Below, piece after piece: positions 18,424 to 29,435 of a DNA stretch of 64,000 nucleotides. The position numbers were made by a program, and so were the translations under genes. Every line of letters begins with the position of its first letter. Position 1 is the first letter of the stretch. This DNA comes from an uncultured Acidimicrobiia bacterium. GTDB lineage: Bacteria > Actinomycetota > Acidimicrobiia > Spongiisociales > ZC4RG35. The notes beneath the pieces were generated by a model. That model was not told where the DNA came from. It ran no database searches and saw nothing but the letters and a program-made list of their open reading frames with translations. The stretch spans positions 84,188-148,187 of the forward strand of contig CAWBOD010000012.1 of NCBI GenBank assembly GCA_963790345.1. The letters are read 5' to 3'.

Positions 18424-18932
18424 CTGAAGTATGTCCCGGTTGCAAGGCTTCGCTCGAGAAAATCGACGGGCCAACTCACCGATACATCGGCGCATCGCCG
18501 GCGTGCTGGCAGATCTACACAACGCTGGGGGCAGGTGGATATGCCGTCGTCGGGCGCGACCAGTACGGGAGCCTCCTCGTCGATGCCTACGCAGCGCAAC
18601 ACCCTGGCTCCGACTCTCCTCAGGCAAGGCAGTCCGTCGCCGTTCACCTTGTCACCCTGTGGGCCATTCTGAGGTCAGGAGCAGATGTTGAAAAGGCGAT
18701 CGATATCCGGGTCCGAGCGGTATCGGTTGGAAAGAGAACCGGCGGCTTCGAGTGGCTCCAACCGCCACCGGAGTCTTACCCGCTCACAGTCGCCGGTTTG
18801 ATCTCATCGGAACCGATCGACGCCGGCTCGATCGACCTCTACGTCGGGGGTGTGCTTGGCTCGTGGTCGAATCATCACGAGGACACCATCCGGCGCTGGC
18901 ACGACCGCTATCGACAAGAGTGGAGGGGCTGA
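18420..18932 (+). CDS. DUF5946-like protein
   Basis: A TTG at 18420 overlaps the upstream TGA. The sequence reads CPGCKASLEKIDGPTHRYIGASPACWQIYTTL ... DAYAAQHPG. The family name is from memory and is tentative. Confidence 0.55.
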   Translation: MTEVCPGCKASLEKIDGPTHRYIGASPACWQIYTTLGAGGYAVVGRDQYGSLLVDAYAAQHPGSDSPQARQSVAVHLVTLWAILRSGADVEKAIDIRVRAVSVGKRTGGFEWLQPPPESYPLTVAGLISSEPIDAGSIDLYVGGVLGSWSNHHEDTIRRWHDRYRQEWRG

Positions 18933-18935
18933 AGC

Positions 18936-20169
18936 TTGGAACGATCGACTCTGCTACCAGACCGACTGATCGATCCCCGCTCAGGGCGTGTGCTCGAACG
19001 AACAGCGATTGTGATCGCCGGTGAAAGAATCGAGAAGGTGGTCGCCGCCGAGGAGGTGGACTTCGATTCCAACGGTCATCGACCTGTCGGGTCATACCGT
19101 TCTGCCGGGTCTGATCGATTGCCATTCCCATCTCGTCGGTGAAGTCGAAACCGGTCAAGGCTATGCCTCTCTGGTCACTCGGAGCGGGGCCGACGAGGCA
19201 TTGCTCGGCGTCAAGCATGCCGGACAGACACTGAGGGCCGGATTCACAACCGTCCGCGACATTGGAACCTTCCGCGCGTTTGGTGATGTGGCGCTGCGAA
19301 AGGCCATCGACGGTGGGTGGGTGGAAGGGCCGCGGATGCAATGCGCCGGTTGCTACGTCACCTGCCCGGGGGGCGGGGGCGACATCACCGGGCTCGCCGT
19401 CGATGTTGACGCGGCGGTTTCCAAGGAGCTTCGTTTTGGTGTTGTCAGCGGAGTCGATCAAATGCGGTCGACCGTTCGGCAGATCTTCGGGAGGGGCGCC
19501 GATTTCATCAAGGTCATGGCGACCGGAGCCGTGTTGACTTCCGGGACCAACCCCGGGGCTCCGGAGTTGACGGAGGCAGAAATCAGGGCGGCGGTCGAAG
19601 AGGCATCCGTGTTCGGTGGCTACGTCGCGGCTCACGCCCATGGGGCCGAAGGCATCAAACGGGCCGTCCGGGCCGGAGTCAGGTCGATCGAACACGGATC
19701 TCTCATGGACGACGAGGCCGTGAACTTGATGGCGTCCAACGACGTCTGGTTGGTTGCGGATCTCTACGACGGAGATTGGATTGGCGAAGAGGGACCCAAG
19801 TTGGGCTATTCGGAGGAAACGCTGCGCAAGAACTCCGAGACGACGGAGGCTCAGCGGGCGGGATTCGTCAAATGCCTCGAGGCGGGCGTGAAGATCGCGT
19901 TTGGCACCGACGCCGGCGTCTTTCCCCACTCCTACGCCGGTCGCCAGTTCGCCTATTACGTCAGGTACGGCTTGTCGCCGATGGCGGCGATCCGATCGGC
20001 AACGACCTGGGCGGCAGAGCTGATCGGTTGGCAGGACCGGATTGGCGGGATCGAACCCGGACTCTTCGCCGACCTGATTGCAGTCAAAGGCGACCCGACC
20101 AAAGACATCACCCTGCTGGAGACCGTTGACTGGGTGATGAAAGGTGGTCAGGTGTTGAGGGTTCCTTGA
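18936..20169 (+). CDS. metal-dependent amidohydrolase family protein, one frame break
   Basis: ORF 18936..19142 gives the N-terminal beta-sandwich (LLPDRLIDPRSGRVLERTAIVIAGERIEKV). ORF 19021..20169 continues with VIDLSGHTVLPGLIDCHSHL, AHAHG and GTDAG. They join near 19060. Confidence 0.8.
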
Positions 20170-20494
20170 GCTTCAACTTCTCGGCCTGGGTACTCTCTCC
20201 AGGATGAGGTTTCGACTGGGCTTGATCATCGGGGCGGAGCCGGATATGTCCTCGGCGCCAAGGCAGGGCGCGAGCGTTATGAGGACATAAAGAAATGGTG
20301 GGGATCGGCCCGCCGTAATCCGTCGGTGGAGCGGGTGTCGACCGTCGGCCAGAGCCTGTCCGACCTGGTGCGGTCAATCATTGCGGGAGTCCTCGAAAGG
20401 GTCTCCGAGCTGGTCCGCCGGCCGAGCTGACCGAGAGGGCCGGATCAGCGAGGTCCTGAACGCACCGTCGAAGAGCGCCGCCGAGGCGGGGGAC

Positions 20495-21627
20495 TCAGCC
20501 GTTCTCGAGGAATCCCTGGAGGTTCTTGGCCTTTTCGGGGTGCCGGAGCTTGGCCAGGGCCTTGGTCTCCAGCTGGCGAATTCTTTCACGGGTGACCTTG
20601 AAATGCTCGCCGACCTCCTCGAGGGTCCGCATCCGGCCGTCGGCCAGCCCGAAGCGCATGATCAGCACCTCCCGCTCCCTGGGGTTGAGACCCTCGAGGG
20701 CCAGCGCGAGGTTCTCCTGCAAGCAGCCGGAAAGTGGCGGCGTCGGCCGGCACCTCGGCGTCGAGGTCCTCGACGAAATCGGCCAGGGTCGAATCCTCTT
20801 CCTCCCCCACCGGGGTCTCCAGAGAGATCGTGTCCTGGGCGATGCGGGTCAGTTCGATGAGCCGGTCGACCGGCAGATCGAGCTCTTTCGACAGTTCCTC
20901 GGGGGTCGGTTCCCTTCCGTACGACTGGGCCAGCTCGCGCTGGGCCCGGGTGAGCTTGTTGATCGTGTCGACGATGTGAATCGGCATGCGGATGTTGCGG
21001 CCCTGATCGGCGATGGCCCTGGTGATCGATTGTCGGATCCACCAGGTGGCATACGTCGAGAATCTGAATCCACGCCGATAGTCGAACCGCTCGACCGCCC
21101 GCATCAGTCCGAGATTGCCTTCCTGGATGAGATCGAGCAGGGCCATGCCGCGGCCGACGTAGCGCCGGGCGATCGAAACCACCAGCCGCAGGTTCGATTC
21201 GACCAGGCGGGTTTGGGCGGCTTCGCCTTTGACGCCGGTGGCGACCAGGATCGCCCGGTCCTCGGGCGAAAGCTCGCCTTCCTTCTCGAGCTGGCCGCCC
21301 GCCTTCAGCCCGGCCTCGAAGGCCATCGAAAGCTCGACCTCCTCCTGGGCGGTGAGCAGCCGATAGCGGCCGATTTCGTTCAGATACATGCGGACCGGAT
21401 CGGAAACCCAGACCTCGTCGGACTCGCTCAGCCCGTGGTCGTGGTCGGACTCATCCTCGGTCAGCTCGATGCCCTCGGGTCCGAAGCAGGTCGACCGCTC
21501 GCTCGAAGGCTTCCGGGCCGGCTTCGGCCTCCTCGAGTTCTTGCTGGACCTCGGAGACGGTTAAAAAGCCACGCTGGCGGCCACGCCGCAGCAGCTGCTC
21601 GATCAAACGTTCGATGTCGTCGCTCAT
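20495..21627 (-). CDS. rpoD: principal (group 1/2) sigma-70 factor, 2 frame breaks
   Basis: The ATG at 21627 has SD gagggg upstream ([27 protein letters not shown]). ORF 20586..21389 carries regions 1.2-3 ([12 protein letters not shown] ... [12 protein letters not shown] ... [20 protein letters not shown]). ORF 20495..20722 carries region 4 ([11 protein letters not shown] ... [19 protein letters not shown]). Confidence 0.9.
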
Positions 21628-23366
21628 CGCGATGCCCCTCAAATTCCGCCGTTCCTGCTCCAAAGCTATCACCCGCCGGAGCATGTCGGAATGGGTCTGC
21701 GACGTGGGATCGAGTCGTCGACATCTCCTGTTTGAGCTCATCGATCTCGCCTTCGATCGCTTTGTTGCGGGCCCTGGCCAGCACTTCCAACGGGTCCTTG
21801 GGCAGCGGACGGGGATCCAAGGCGAGACGCTGGAGAATTTCGGTGTGGACCTAGCCCCGAGATGTCGAGAGGCACCCCCGGGGCGGTCGAAGTCTCGCCT
21901 CGGGTCGACCGATTCGAACGCCTCTCTCAACAGGCCGTCGGTGAAGAGGTCAGGCCCAATGTCCTGATCGGCCAACTGCGGAGGATTGCTGAGGACAACC
22001 CGCAACAGCTCTCGCTGGATCGGGTCGGAGTTCTCGACAGCTTCGACCGGGGCAACCTGACCTGATCCGGTGAGGTGCCTCCGCGCAACGCTCGCTCGAT
22101 TGCCGCTCTGCTCGATCCCGATCAGGCCCGCCGCGAATCGGACGTACTCGGCCCGGGCGATCTCATCGCCGACTCGGGCGAGGAGCGGAACCAGCCGACG
22201 CACCGCCCTGGCCCGGGCCTCGGGTTCGCGCAGGTCGAAGCGCTCGACTTCCTTTTCGATCCGAAATTGGAGCAACGGGCGAGACGACTTGACGGCCTGA
22301 GCCAACTCCGAACCTCGTCCGGCCTGGATCAGGTCGGCCGGGTCGAGGCCATCCGGCATTTCGGCGACTCGGAGGTCCAGATCGAGATCGACCGGAGTCG
22401 CGAGATCGTCCCCTCGCAGAGCGGCCTTGCCTCCGGCCGCATCCGAGTCGAACGCCAGGACGACCCGATCAGTGAACCTGCGGAGAAGATCGAAGTGATC
22501 CTCGCCCAGGGCGGTGCCACAGGTCGCTACGGCGGTGTCGATCCCGGCCCGGTTGCAGGCGATGACGTCGAAGTATCCCTCGACCACCACTGCCTCCTGG
22601 GTCCGGGCGATCGGGCCCTTGGCCCGATGGAGTCCATAAAGCAGGCGACTCTTCTGATAGAGGCGCGAGTCGGGTGAATTGAGGTACTTGGGGGTGACGC
22701 CTTCCAAACCCCGACCACCGAATCCGACCGGTTCGCCCCGCAGGTCGTGGATCGGGAACAGGACTCGGCGACGGAAGATGTCGTAGAGACGACCCCCCTT
22801 GCCGCGGCGCGACCAGGCCGGCCGACTCCATGGTCCGCTCCTTGATGCCGGCACCGCGCAGTTCCTTGACCAGCGCGCCCCAGGTATCGCCCTCCGGGGC
22901 GAAACCGATCCGGTACTCGTCGACGGTCGCAACGTCGATCCCGCGGCCTCGCAGATATGCCCGGGCCGGGCCGGCATCGAGATCATTCTTCAGGGTCCGG
23001 TGGTAGAAGTCGGCAGCATGGCGAACCGCCTCGACCATTTGGTCGCGCTCACCGCGTTGTTGAGCGGCACCGGGGTCGACCTCGAGTTGGATCCCGGCCT
23101 GGCGGGCCAACAATTCCAGCGACTTCGTTGAAGTCGAGACCCTGGGTGTCCTGGATGAAGGTGAAGACATCGCCGCCTTTGCCGCATCCGAAGCAGTGGT
23201 AGAGACCGCGGGCGGGGTCGAGAGAAAGCGAAGCCGATTTCTCCTGGTGAAACGGGCACACAGCCACATGGGCCCGACCCTGACGCTTCACGGTGGTTAC
23301 CCCGGCCACGAGGTCAACGAGGTTGGTGGCCGCCCGCACCCGATCGATGTCTTCCCGCCCGTACAC
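21628..23366 (-). CDS. dnaG: DNA primase, at least 4 frame breaks; 3' end not resolved
   Basis: Zn finger in ORF 23049..23366 (VCPFHQEKSASLSLDPARGLYHCFGCGKGGDVFTF), the middle in 22469..23269, and TOPRIM in 21451..22986 (VVVEGYFDVIACNRAGI ... VLAFDSDAAGGKAA). The C-terminal helicase-binding part is scattered over two frames. Confidence 0.9.
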
Positions 23367-23451
23367 GTCCCAAGGTTACCGGGAAGGAAGGTCTCACTCT
23401 GTGGGCCGATTCCGGTCTCGGGGCAGGCAGGTCCCCTGATTCTTCAGTGTC

Positions 23452-24190
23452 TCAAGCCTTCTCGGCGACGAACTCGAGAGAGATGGTGACTTCGTCGGTG
23501 ACGTCAGCGACGCCCGGCGCCCTGGGAATCTCGATACCGAAATCGGTCCGCAACACTTCGGCTTCGGCTCGACCCGAGAGACGATCTTCGGCCTCCAGGA
23601 CCGCAGTGACCGAAAAAGTGACCGGTTGGGTGGTGCCCTTGATCGTCAGGTCACCGGCTATGTCAAACGTGATCTGATCGCCTACTTGCGACCGGTCCTT
23701 CGAGGCCCTCGATCGCGGTCGGAACGAAAGAGATGAATTCGTGCTCATCGCTCCCGGAGTCGAGGACCACCGCACTGCGCATGGCCCGATCGCGATTGGC
23801 CCGATCCGTCTCGAGGGTGCGGGCATTGATCACGATCTCACTGAACTGGGCCGTGGCCGGATCGCCAGGATCAAACAGAACCTGGCCAGCAACCTCGGAG
23901 GTAGTGCCGACAACTGTTTTCGCCTCGCCAAACAGCACCTCTCCCAATTCGAACGATGCGACCGACTCGTCCGAAACCAGGACAAAGGCCGCCGCCGCCG
24001 GAGCGTGTCTCGATCGTTCAACCGCCTGCGCCGTCGTCTCGGGCTCGGATGCCGTACTCGTGGTCGTGTTGAGCTCCGGCGTCGTCAGATCAGTGGATGG
24101 GTCTCCGGATCCGCCCGAGAAGTAGATGTAGGCGAGGCCTCCACCAACGACCAGGACGGCGAGCAGCAGGATTGTTCTGACGACTTTCAA
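23452..24190 (-). CDS. membrane-anchored YceI-like protein, one frame break
   Basis: TM anchor (ILLLAVLVVGGGLAYIYF), then the YceI fold in ORF 23663..24190. This continues in ORF 23452..23826 (ITFDIAGDLTIKGTTQPVTFSVTA ... VTISLEFVAEKA). Confidence 0.75.
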
Positions 24191-24286
24191 TCGGGTCTCC
24201 TTGGGGGCAGGCTGAAAGGTATCCCTGTTGAGGGATTACGAGGTGCTGCGCGAGATCAAAAGCCCAGGGGTCAGAGGACATCTGCC

Positions 24287-25602
24287 TCATGACACAAATC
24301 CCAGTCGGTCACGCAAATATGAACGCACCCCGGTCATCGGAATCCGGTCCTGTTCCATAGTGTCCCGATGGCGGACCGTCACGGCTTCGTCGGTGAGGGT
24401 GTCGAAATCGACCGTTACTGCAAACGGGGTTCCGATCTCGTCCTGGCGCCGATAGCGCCGCCCGATCGACTGGGTGACGTCCATCTCGAGCATGAAATCC
24501 TTCCGAAGATCGGCGGCGAGCTTGCTGGCCGGTTCGATCAATTCGGCTTTCTTGGACAGCGGCAGGATCGCCACCTTGTAGGGGGCCAGCCGGGGGTGCA
24601 GCTTGAGGACGGTCCGTGATTCGCCCCTTACCTCCTCCTCGGCGTAGGCGTCGATCAGGAATGCGAAGGTCGTCCTCGTCGCCCCGGCGGCCGGTTCGAT
24701 GACATAGGGAAAGAATCGCTCATTGGTGTCCTGATCGAAGTAACGAAGGTCCTCCCCGGAGTGCTCGGCGTGTTGGCGCAAGATCAAAGTCGGTTCGGTT
24801 GGCGATGCCCTCCAATTCGTCCCAGCCCCAGGGAAACTGCGTACTCGACGTCGACCGTGCCGGCCGAGTAATGAGAGAGTTCATCGACATCGTGGGGGCG
24901 GATGCGGAGGTGCTCCTCTGTCATGCCCAACGCCAGGTACCACTGGAAGCGCTCCTTCTGCCAATACTCGAACCACCGCGGAGCCTCCTCGGGCCTGGTG
25001 AAGTACTCCATCTCCATCTGCTCGAACTCACGGGTCCTGAACACGAACTGACCCGGTGTGATCTCGTTGCGAAACGACTTGCCGATTTGGGCGATTCCAA
25101 ACGGCAGCTTGAGGCGGTTGGACCGTCGGACGTTTTCGTAGTTGATGAAGATCCCCTGCGCCGTTTCCGGTCGCAGGTAGACCAGGTTGTCGTCATCTTC
25201 CACCGGGCCCATGTGGGTCCGGAACATGAGGTTGAAGGCTCTCGGCTCGGTGAAGCTGTCCTTGGCGCCACAATTCGGGCAGATCGAGGTGTCGGCGAGC
25301 TTGTCGAGGCGAAAACGTTGATTGCAGGTTCGGCACTCGACGAGAGGGTCGGTGAAAACTGCCTCGTGGCCCGAAGCCTTCCACACCTGCCTGGATTGCA
25401 GGATCGCCGAGTCGAGGCCGACCACGTCGTCCCGCTCTTGGACCATGGCCCGCCACCACTCATTCTTGACGTTCCTCAGCAGCTCAACCCCAAGCGGTCC
25501 GTAGTCATAGGCTGAGCGAATCCCGCCGTAAATCTCTGAGGACTGGAACACAAATCCACGTTGCTTGGCGAGGTTGGCGATCGTGTCGAGGGATACGGAC
25601 AT
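24287..25602 (-). CDS. glyQS: glycine-tRNA ligase (dimeric GlyQS type), one frame break
   Basis: ORF 24784..25602 (RGFVFQSSEIYGGIRSAYDYGPLGVELLRNVKNEWW ...) and ORF 24287..24787 (anticodon-binding domain) abut at about 24790. Confidence 0.92.
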
Positions 25603-25690
25603 GTGACCGGGAAGGCTACCTACGTCTTCAACTACCCGTTTTCGCGCCGCGAACGCGGCCCCGGGGCCGCGTTTGCGGCGCGAAACGGGG

Positions 25691-26302
25691 TCAATAGTCC
25701 TGGGGTGGAACCTTCTCGTCCAGACGCCGATTCATCGAGAACAGCCTCCCGAGCACCGGAAGGATCAAGAGGTTCATGCCGTGGAGAACTCCGATGATGA
25801 GGAGAATCCCGCCGATCTTGGATACCTCGAACTGAAGCTGTTCGGGCCCGACGGTGTGGCCCCATCCAGTGTCTGGTTCGAAACGGACCGTGAAGAATAT
25901 GTAGGCGGTGAAGATGAGGTAGTAGACGATGTCGACCAGGACGATGAAGCTCTTACCCGTGCGCGGGTTTGATCGGAAGACGTCAGCGGCATAGCTCCTA
26001 CCAAACCGCTTGATGAAAGGTCCCAACCAGAAAGCCAGGCCGAGAAGCACCGCCAGGGTGATCAGTTCGAGCACCCACCAATCCATTAGAAGTCTCCCTT
26101 CTCGATATTCCGCCAAGCCCAAGGTCAGAGCTCCGAGAGCAGCCACTAAAAGACCGGCCACGGACCATCCTCGCAGGATGTGGCGACGCCGGCGGCGGTC
26201 CGCTTCGACACTTTCAACCACCCTCGAGAACAGGTCTGGAGCCGGAGATACATGTTCCGCGGTTGCAAACAGAGCATCGTGCAGACGCTGCTCGAGAGTC
26301 AT
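25691..26302 (-). CDS. polytopic membrane protein translationally coupled to an ECF sigma (candidate anti-sigma)
   Basis: The ATG at 26302 overlaps the sigma stop as ATGA. It begins MTLEQRLHDALFATAEHV and has 4-5 hydrophobic segments. It has no zinc anti-sigma motif. Confidence 0.6.
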   Translation of the reverse strand: MTLEQRLHDALFATAEHVSPAPDLFSRVVESVEADRRRRRHILRGWSVAGLLVAALGALTLGLAEYREGRLLMDWWVLELITLAVLLGLAFWLGPFIKRFGRSYAADVFRSNPRTGKSFIVLVDIVYYLIFTAYIFFTVRFEPDTGWGHTVGPEQLQFEVSKIGGILLIIGVLHGMNLLILPVLGRLFSMNRRLDEKVPPQDY

Positions 26303-26850
26303 CGTTCCACCTCGCCTGCCAGCCGGTGCTCGAGGGCTCGCAGCCCTCTGGAGAGGTGGGTCTTCACCGAGTTGGGAGAAAGCCCGAGAGTTTGGGCGAT
26401 CTCGGCGACTCCCACCTCCATGTAGTAGCGGAGGACCAGGCAATCGCGCTGACGGATCGGCAACTGCCGGAGAGCCTCGATGACTATCTTCTGGTCCTCT
26501 CTGACCGCCATTGCCTCGTCGATGGCAGGCGGCGTGGCATCGGCCGGGGGTCGATGTCGGAGCGAAACGAGGCCACGGCGATTGTGATCGCGGGCCAGGT
26601 TGAGCACGATCGACCGAAGGTAGGCGGGTGCCCGATCCCGCTCCCGAATTCGATGGGCGGAGCGGGCCAGCCGTATGAACGCCTCCTGGACCAGATCCTC
26701 GGCGGCATCCCGATCGTCGACGAAAAACCGCGCCAGGCGGACAAGATTGGCGGCCTCGGATCGATAGATCTCGGCCACCAGAAGCTCGACGCTCGCCCAG
26801 GAAACCGCCGGCCCGGCCAATTCCTCAGCTGAGCCCATCCAAGCCGTCAT
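26299..26850 (-). CDS. ECF-type sigma-70 family factor
   Basis: 183-aa reading from MTAWMGSAEEL. It has region 2 (EDLVQEAFIRLARS ... YLRSIVLNLARDH) and region 4 (QRDCLVLRYYMEVGVAEIAQTLGLSPNSVKTHLSRGLRAL). Confidence 0.85.
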   Translation of the reverse strand: MTAWMGSAEELAGPAVSWASVELLVAEIYRSEAANLVRLARFFVDDRDAAEDLVQEAFIRLARSAHRIRERDRAPAYLRSIVLNLARDHNRRGLVSLRHRPPADATPPAIDEAMAVREDQKIVIEALRQLPIRQRDCLVLRYYMEVGVAEIAQTLGLSPNSVKTHLSRGLRALEHRLAGEVER

Positions 26851-26880
26851 CTCGTAGACGGACGAACGGAGCGGACCGCG

Positions 26881-26898
26881 CGGGTGACCTGTCACCCG
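26881..26898. promoter_or_regulatory. perfect 8-2-8 palindrome cgggtgac-ct-gtcacccg in the divergent spacer upstream of the ECF sigma gene
   Basis: Read directly from the sequence. Its position, about 30 nt upstream of the sigma start, suggests an operator. I recognise no known motif. Confidence 0.3.
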
Positions 26899-26926
26899 CG
26901 ACCACCCTCGGATTCGTCCTATCAGC

Positions 26927-27498
26927 ATGGATACCACTTCATACCATTTCTTACCCGGCCGACAATGTCGCCGAGGGCAGACCATCGGCATTCCGGGCTC
27001 TATCTCTGGGGACAGGCATCCCATCATCTCGGGAGCCGTCGGAGGCCTTCTCTGGGGTGTACTGATGAGGTCGTGGATGAGGTTCGTCTCCACCGATCCC
27101 GAGTTCACCTGGTCGGGCACCGGATTCATCCTGGGAGCCGCCACTCCTCGCCGGGCTCGGGCTCGGGACCGCCTACGTCCTTCAGACGGAAGGGTCACCG
27201 AGGATGGTGGCGGTTGTTGGGAATCCCGTTGATTCTCCTCGGAGCCGGCGCCGGCTCGATCATGCTCCCCGGCACGATCATCGGTGGCCTCGCTTTCGGA
27301 CAGCGAAATTGGCCCAGGTCGTTCGAGGCCGTCCTGGCCACGGTGGCTATCGGAGGCACGGTCGCTCTCATCGGGCTGACTAGCGAAGACGGTTTCGGAC
27401 CGATCAAGACCGCAATCGCCCTGGTCGCATTCGCAGTCTTTCACACGATCGAGATGGCGGCAGCCAGCATCGTCTTCGGCTCCGCCAAGAGCGGCTGA
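26927..27498 (+). CDS. hypothetical membrane protein, about 2 frame breaks
   Basis: ORF 26927..27232 ([19 protein letters not shown]) and ORF 26884..27498 ([31 protein letters not shown] ... [21 protein letters not shown]) give hydrophobic segments that link through a third frame. Confidence 0.4.
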
Positions 27499-28239
27499 TC
27501 ACGCGGCCGGACCCGACCTCGTCGACGGCACCTCCGAAACGACGCTCCCGCTGTTGGTAGTCGACCACCGCATCGAGCAGGTGATGACGGTTGAAGTCAG
27601 GCCAGAGGATCCCCGGGAACCAGAATTCGGCATAGGCGGCCTGCCACAGGAGGAAGTTGGACAGCCGATGCTCGCCGGATGAGCGGATGATGAGGTCGAC
27701 GTCGGGCATCGCGGGCAGGTAAAGGTGCCGGGCCACAGTCCTTTCATCGATCGATTTCGGGATCGAGAACCCCCAGCACCGCTTCTTCGGCCAGAAGGCG
27801 AGCCGCCTCCGTGAGTCTCGCGGCGGCTCCCGTAGTTGAAGGCGAACACGAGGTTGAGGCGGTCGTTCCTGGCCGTGAGTTGGGCCGCTTCGGCCATGTG
27901 GCGTCGGTTCCGGTCCGGTACCCGGGGATCGTCGAGGTCCCCCATGAACCGCATCCGCACACCCTTTTCGTTCAATTCGTTGCGTCGCCTGGTGAGCAGG
28001 TCTTCGTTGAACCACATGAGGAACTCGACTTCTTCGGGATCGCGATCCCAATTCTCGGTCGAGAAGGTGTAGGCGGTCAGCCAGCCGATCCCGATCTCGA
28101 TGGCTCCGTCGACGGTGTCGAACAAGGCCGCCTCTCCGGCGGCGTGGCCGGCCGTCCGGGGCAGACCGCGAGCATTGGCCCAACGGCCGTTCCCATCGAG
28201 GATCAGCCCGACATGTCGCGGGATCCGATTGAGGATCAA
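27499..28239 (-). CDS. uppS: isoprenyl transferase / undecaprenyl-diphosphate synthase, at least 1 frame break
   Basis: [13 protein letters not shown] ... [11 protein letters not shown] in ORF 27499..28239. [27 protein letters not shown] is in the frame of ORF 27404..28183. Confidence 0.9.
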   Translation of the reverse strand: MILNRIPRHVGLILDGNGRWANARGLPRTAGHAAGEAALFDTVDGAIEIGIGWLTAYTFSTENWDRDPEEVEFLMWFNEDLLTRRRNELNEKGVRMRFMGDLDDPRVPDRNRRHMAEAAQLTARNDRLNLVFAFNYGSRRETHGGGSPSGRRSGAGGSRSRNRSMKGLWPGTFTCPRCPTSTSSSAHPASIGCPTSSCGRPPMPNSGSRGSSGLTSTVITCSMRWSTTNSGSVVSEVPSTRSGPAA

Positions 28240-28299
28240 GCCGGCTCAGATCGAGTCGTTCGGCGGCATCGTCCGGGATCGGGCTGGCTGCTCATGCCA

Positions 28300-29021
28300 T
28301 CAATCGCCGAGGACCGCCAGCGACGACAACCGGCGATCGAGATGGAACTCGACGAAACGCCGCGTTACTCCCATCGCTTCCCCGGCCATGGCCGGGTCGG
28401 TCGGAGGGAGCATGGAGAGATCGGCTGCCGCCAAGCCGGCCAGATAGGTCTGTGAGGCCGGGACGAAGACGGACGGTCCCCTCGGACCGGCAGTCCCAGC
28501 AAACCACTCCTCCCCCGGAGAAGCTGAACCGATCGAGGGTGTCGGTGCCGCCGCAGGAGGCGCACTTGGTGAGAGCGGGCGCCACTCCCACCACCCCGGC
28601 CAGCTTCAAGAGAAACGCACTCACCAGATCGTGACCACCGCCCCCGGCGTCCAGGGCTTTGAGCCCGCGCTGCAACAAGCAGAAAGAGCCGGGTCGAGTT
28701 CTGGCCCTCTTGGGCAACGGCGTCGATGGCCTCGACCATGGTTCCGGCGGCCATCACACGGTCGAGGTCCGACCGCATGAACGGGAAGGCCTCGATGACC
28801 GCAACCTGGGTGATGGTGTCGAGGTTGCGCCCCTCGTACACGATCAGGTCGACATGGGTGAAAGGTTCGAGACGACCTCCGAACCTGCTTTTGGTCTTCC
28901 TGACGCCTTTGGCCACCGTTCTCAGCTTGCCCCGGTTGGGGCTGAGCAGGACAACGACCCGGTCAGCCTCCCCGAACGGATAGGAGCGGAGCACGATTCC
29001 CTGATCGGAGCGAATCGACAC
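28300..29021 (-). CDS. recO: DNA repair protein RecO, at least 2 frame breaks
   Basis: A GTG at 29021 begins VSIRSDQGIVLRSYPFGEADRVVVLLSPNRGKLRTVAKGVRKTKSRFGG. The Cys-rich region (CASCGG ... CWDC) lies in ORF 28292..28717. The C-terminus, recovered in a third frame, ends at the TGA at 28300-28302. Confidence 0.88.
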
Positions 29022-29111
29022 GCGCCAACGGTAGTGACACGCTCGGCTCAGCACCGGGACCCTTTGCATGGCGAGCATCGGAAGGCGGAAGGCGGAAGAC
29101 GCCACGATCGA

Positions 29112-29421
29112 TCAACCCCAGCTTGATGCCGACCTAAGGGTCCAGGTCCGAGGTCCTTTTTGGTGATCCCGCCTTCGGAGTGAGTGCTGAGGACAAGAGT
29201 CACCTTGTTCCACGCGAATGTCGATATCGGGGTGATGATCGGCCTTCTCGGCCGCCAATGCCAATCCTTCGTGACAAATGCCATGGCTTCGCTGAAAGTC
29301 CATTGAATTTGAATACAGCCTTGATGGCGTCTCCCGATTAGCCGCCGACGGTCACCACAGCCGGGTATCTCATTCCAGGAAAAGGTCTTGATGGTCTAGC
29401 TCTCGGTCCGAGCTAGCGGCA
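29112..29421 (-). pseudogene. pterin-4a-carbinolamine dehydratase remnant: at least 4 frame breaks and 2 in-frame stops within about 300 bp
   Basis: SD ccaggaggag precedes the ATG at 29421. Recognisable pieces are spread over three frames: AIKAVFKFN, FSEAMAFVTK, LAAEKADHHPDIDIR, NKVTLVLSTHSEGGITKKDL. In-frame TAA and TAG codons are present. Confidence 0.6.
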
Positions 29422-29435
29422 TCTGAAGATTCTCC

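Noticed and set aside
18784-19929. 381-aa minus-strand ORF opposite the amidohydrolase
   Set aside because: It is antisense to a gene with the HxH, AHAHG and GTDAG amidohydrolase motifs, and I recognise no family for it.
20170-20494. Possible small genes between the amidohydrolase and rpoD (for example a 31-codon GTG ORF, VSTVGQSLSDLVRSIIAGVLERVSELVRRPS)
   Set aside because: It is too short, has no recognisable motif or SD, and cannot be told apart from chance ORFs in this error-prone sequence.
20526-21854. 442-aa + strand ORF across rpoD/dnaG
   Set aside because: It is antisense to unmistakable sigma-70 and primase sequence, and I recognise no motifs in it.
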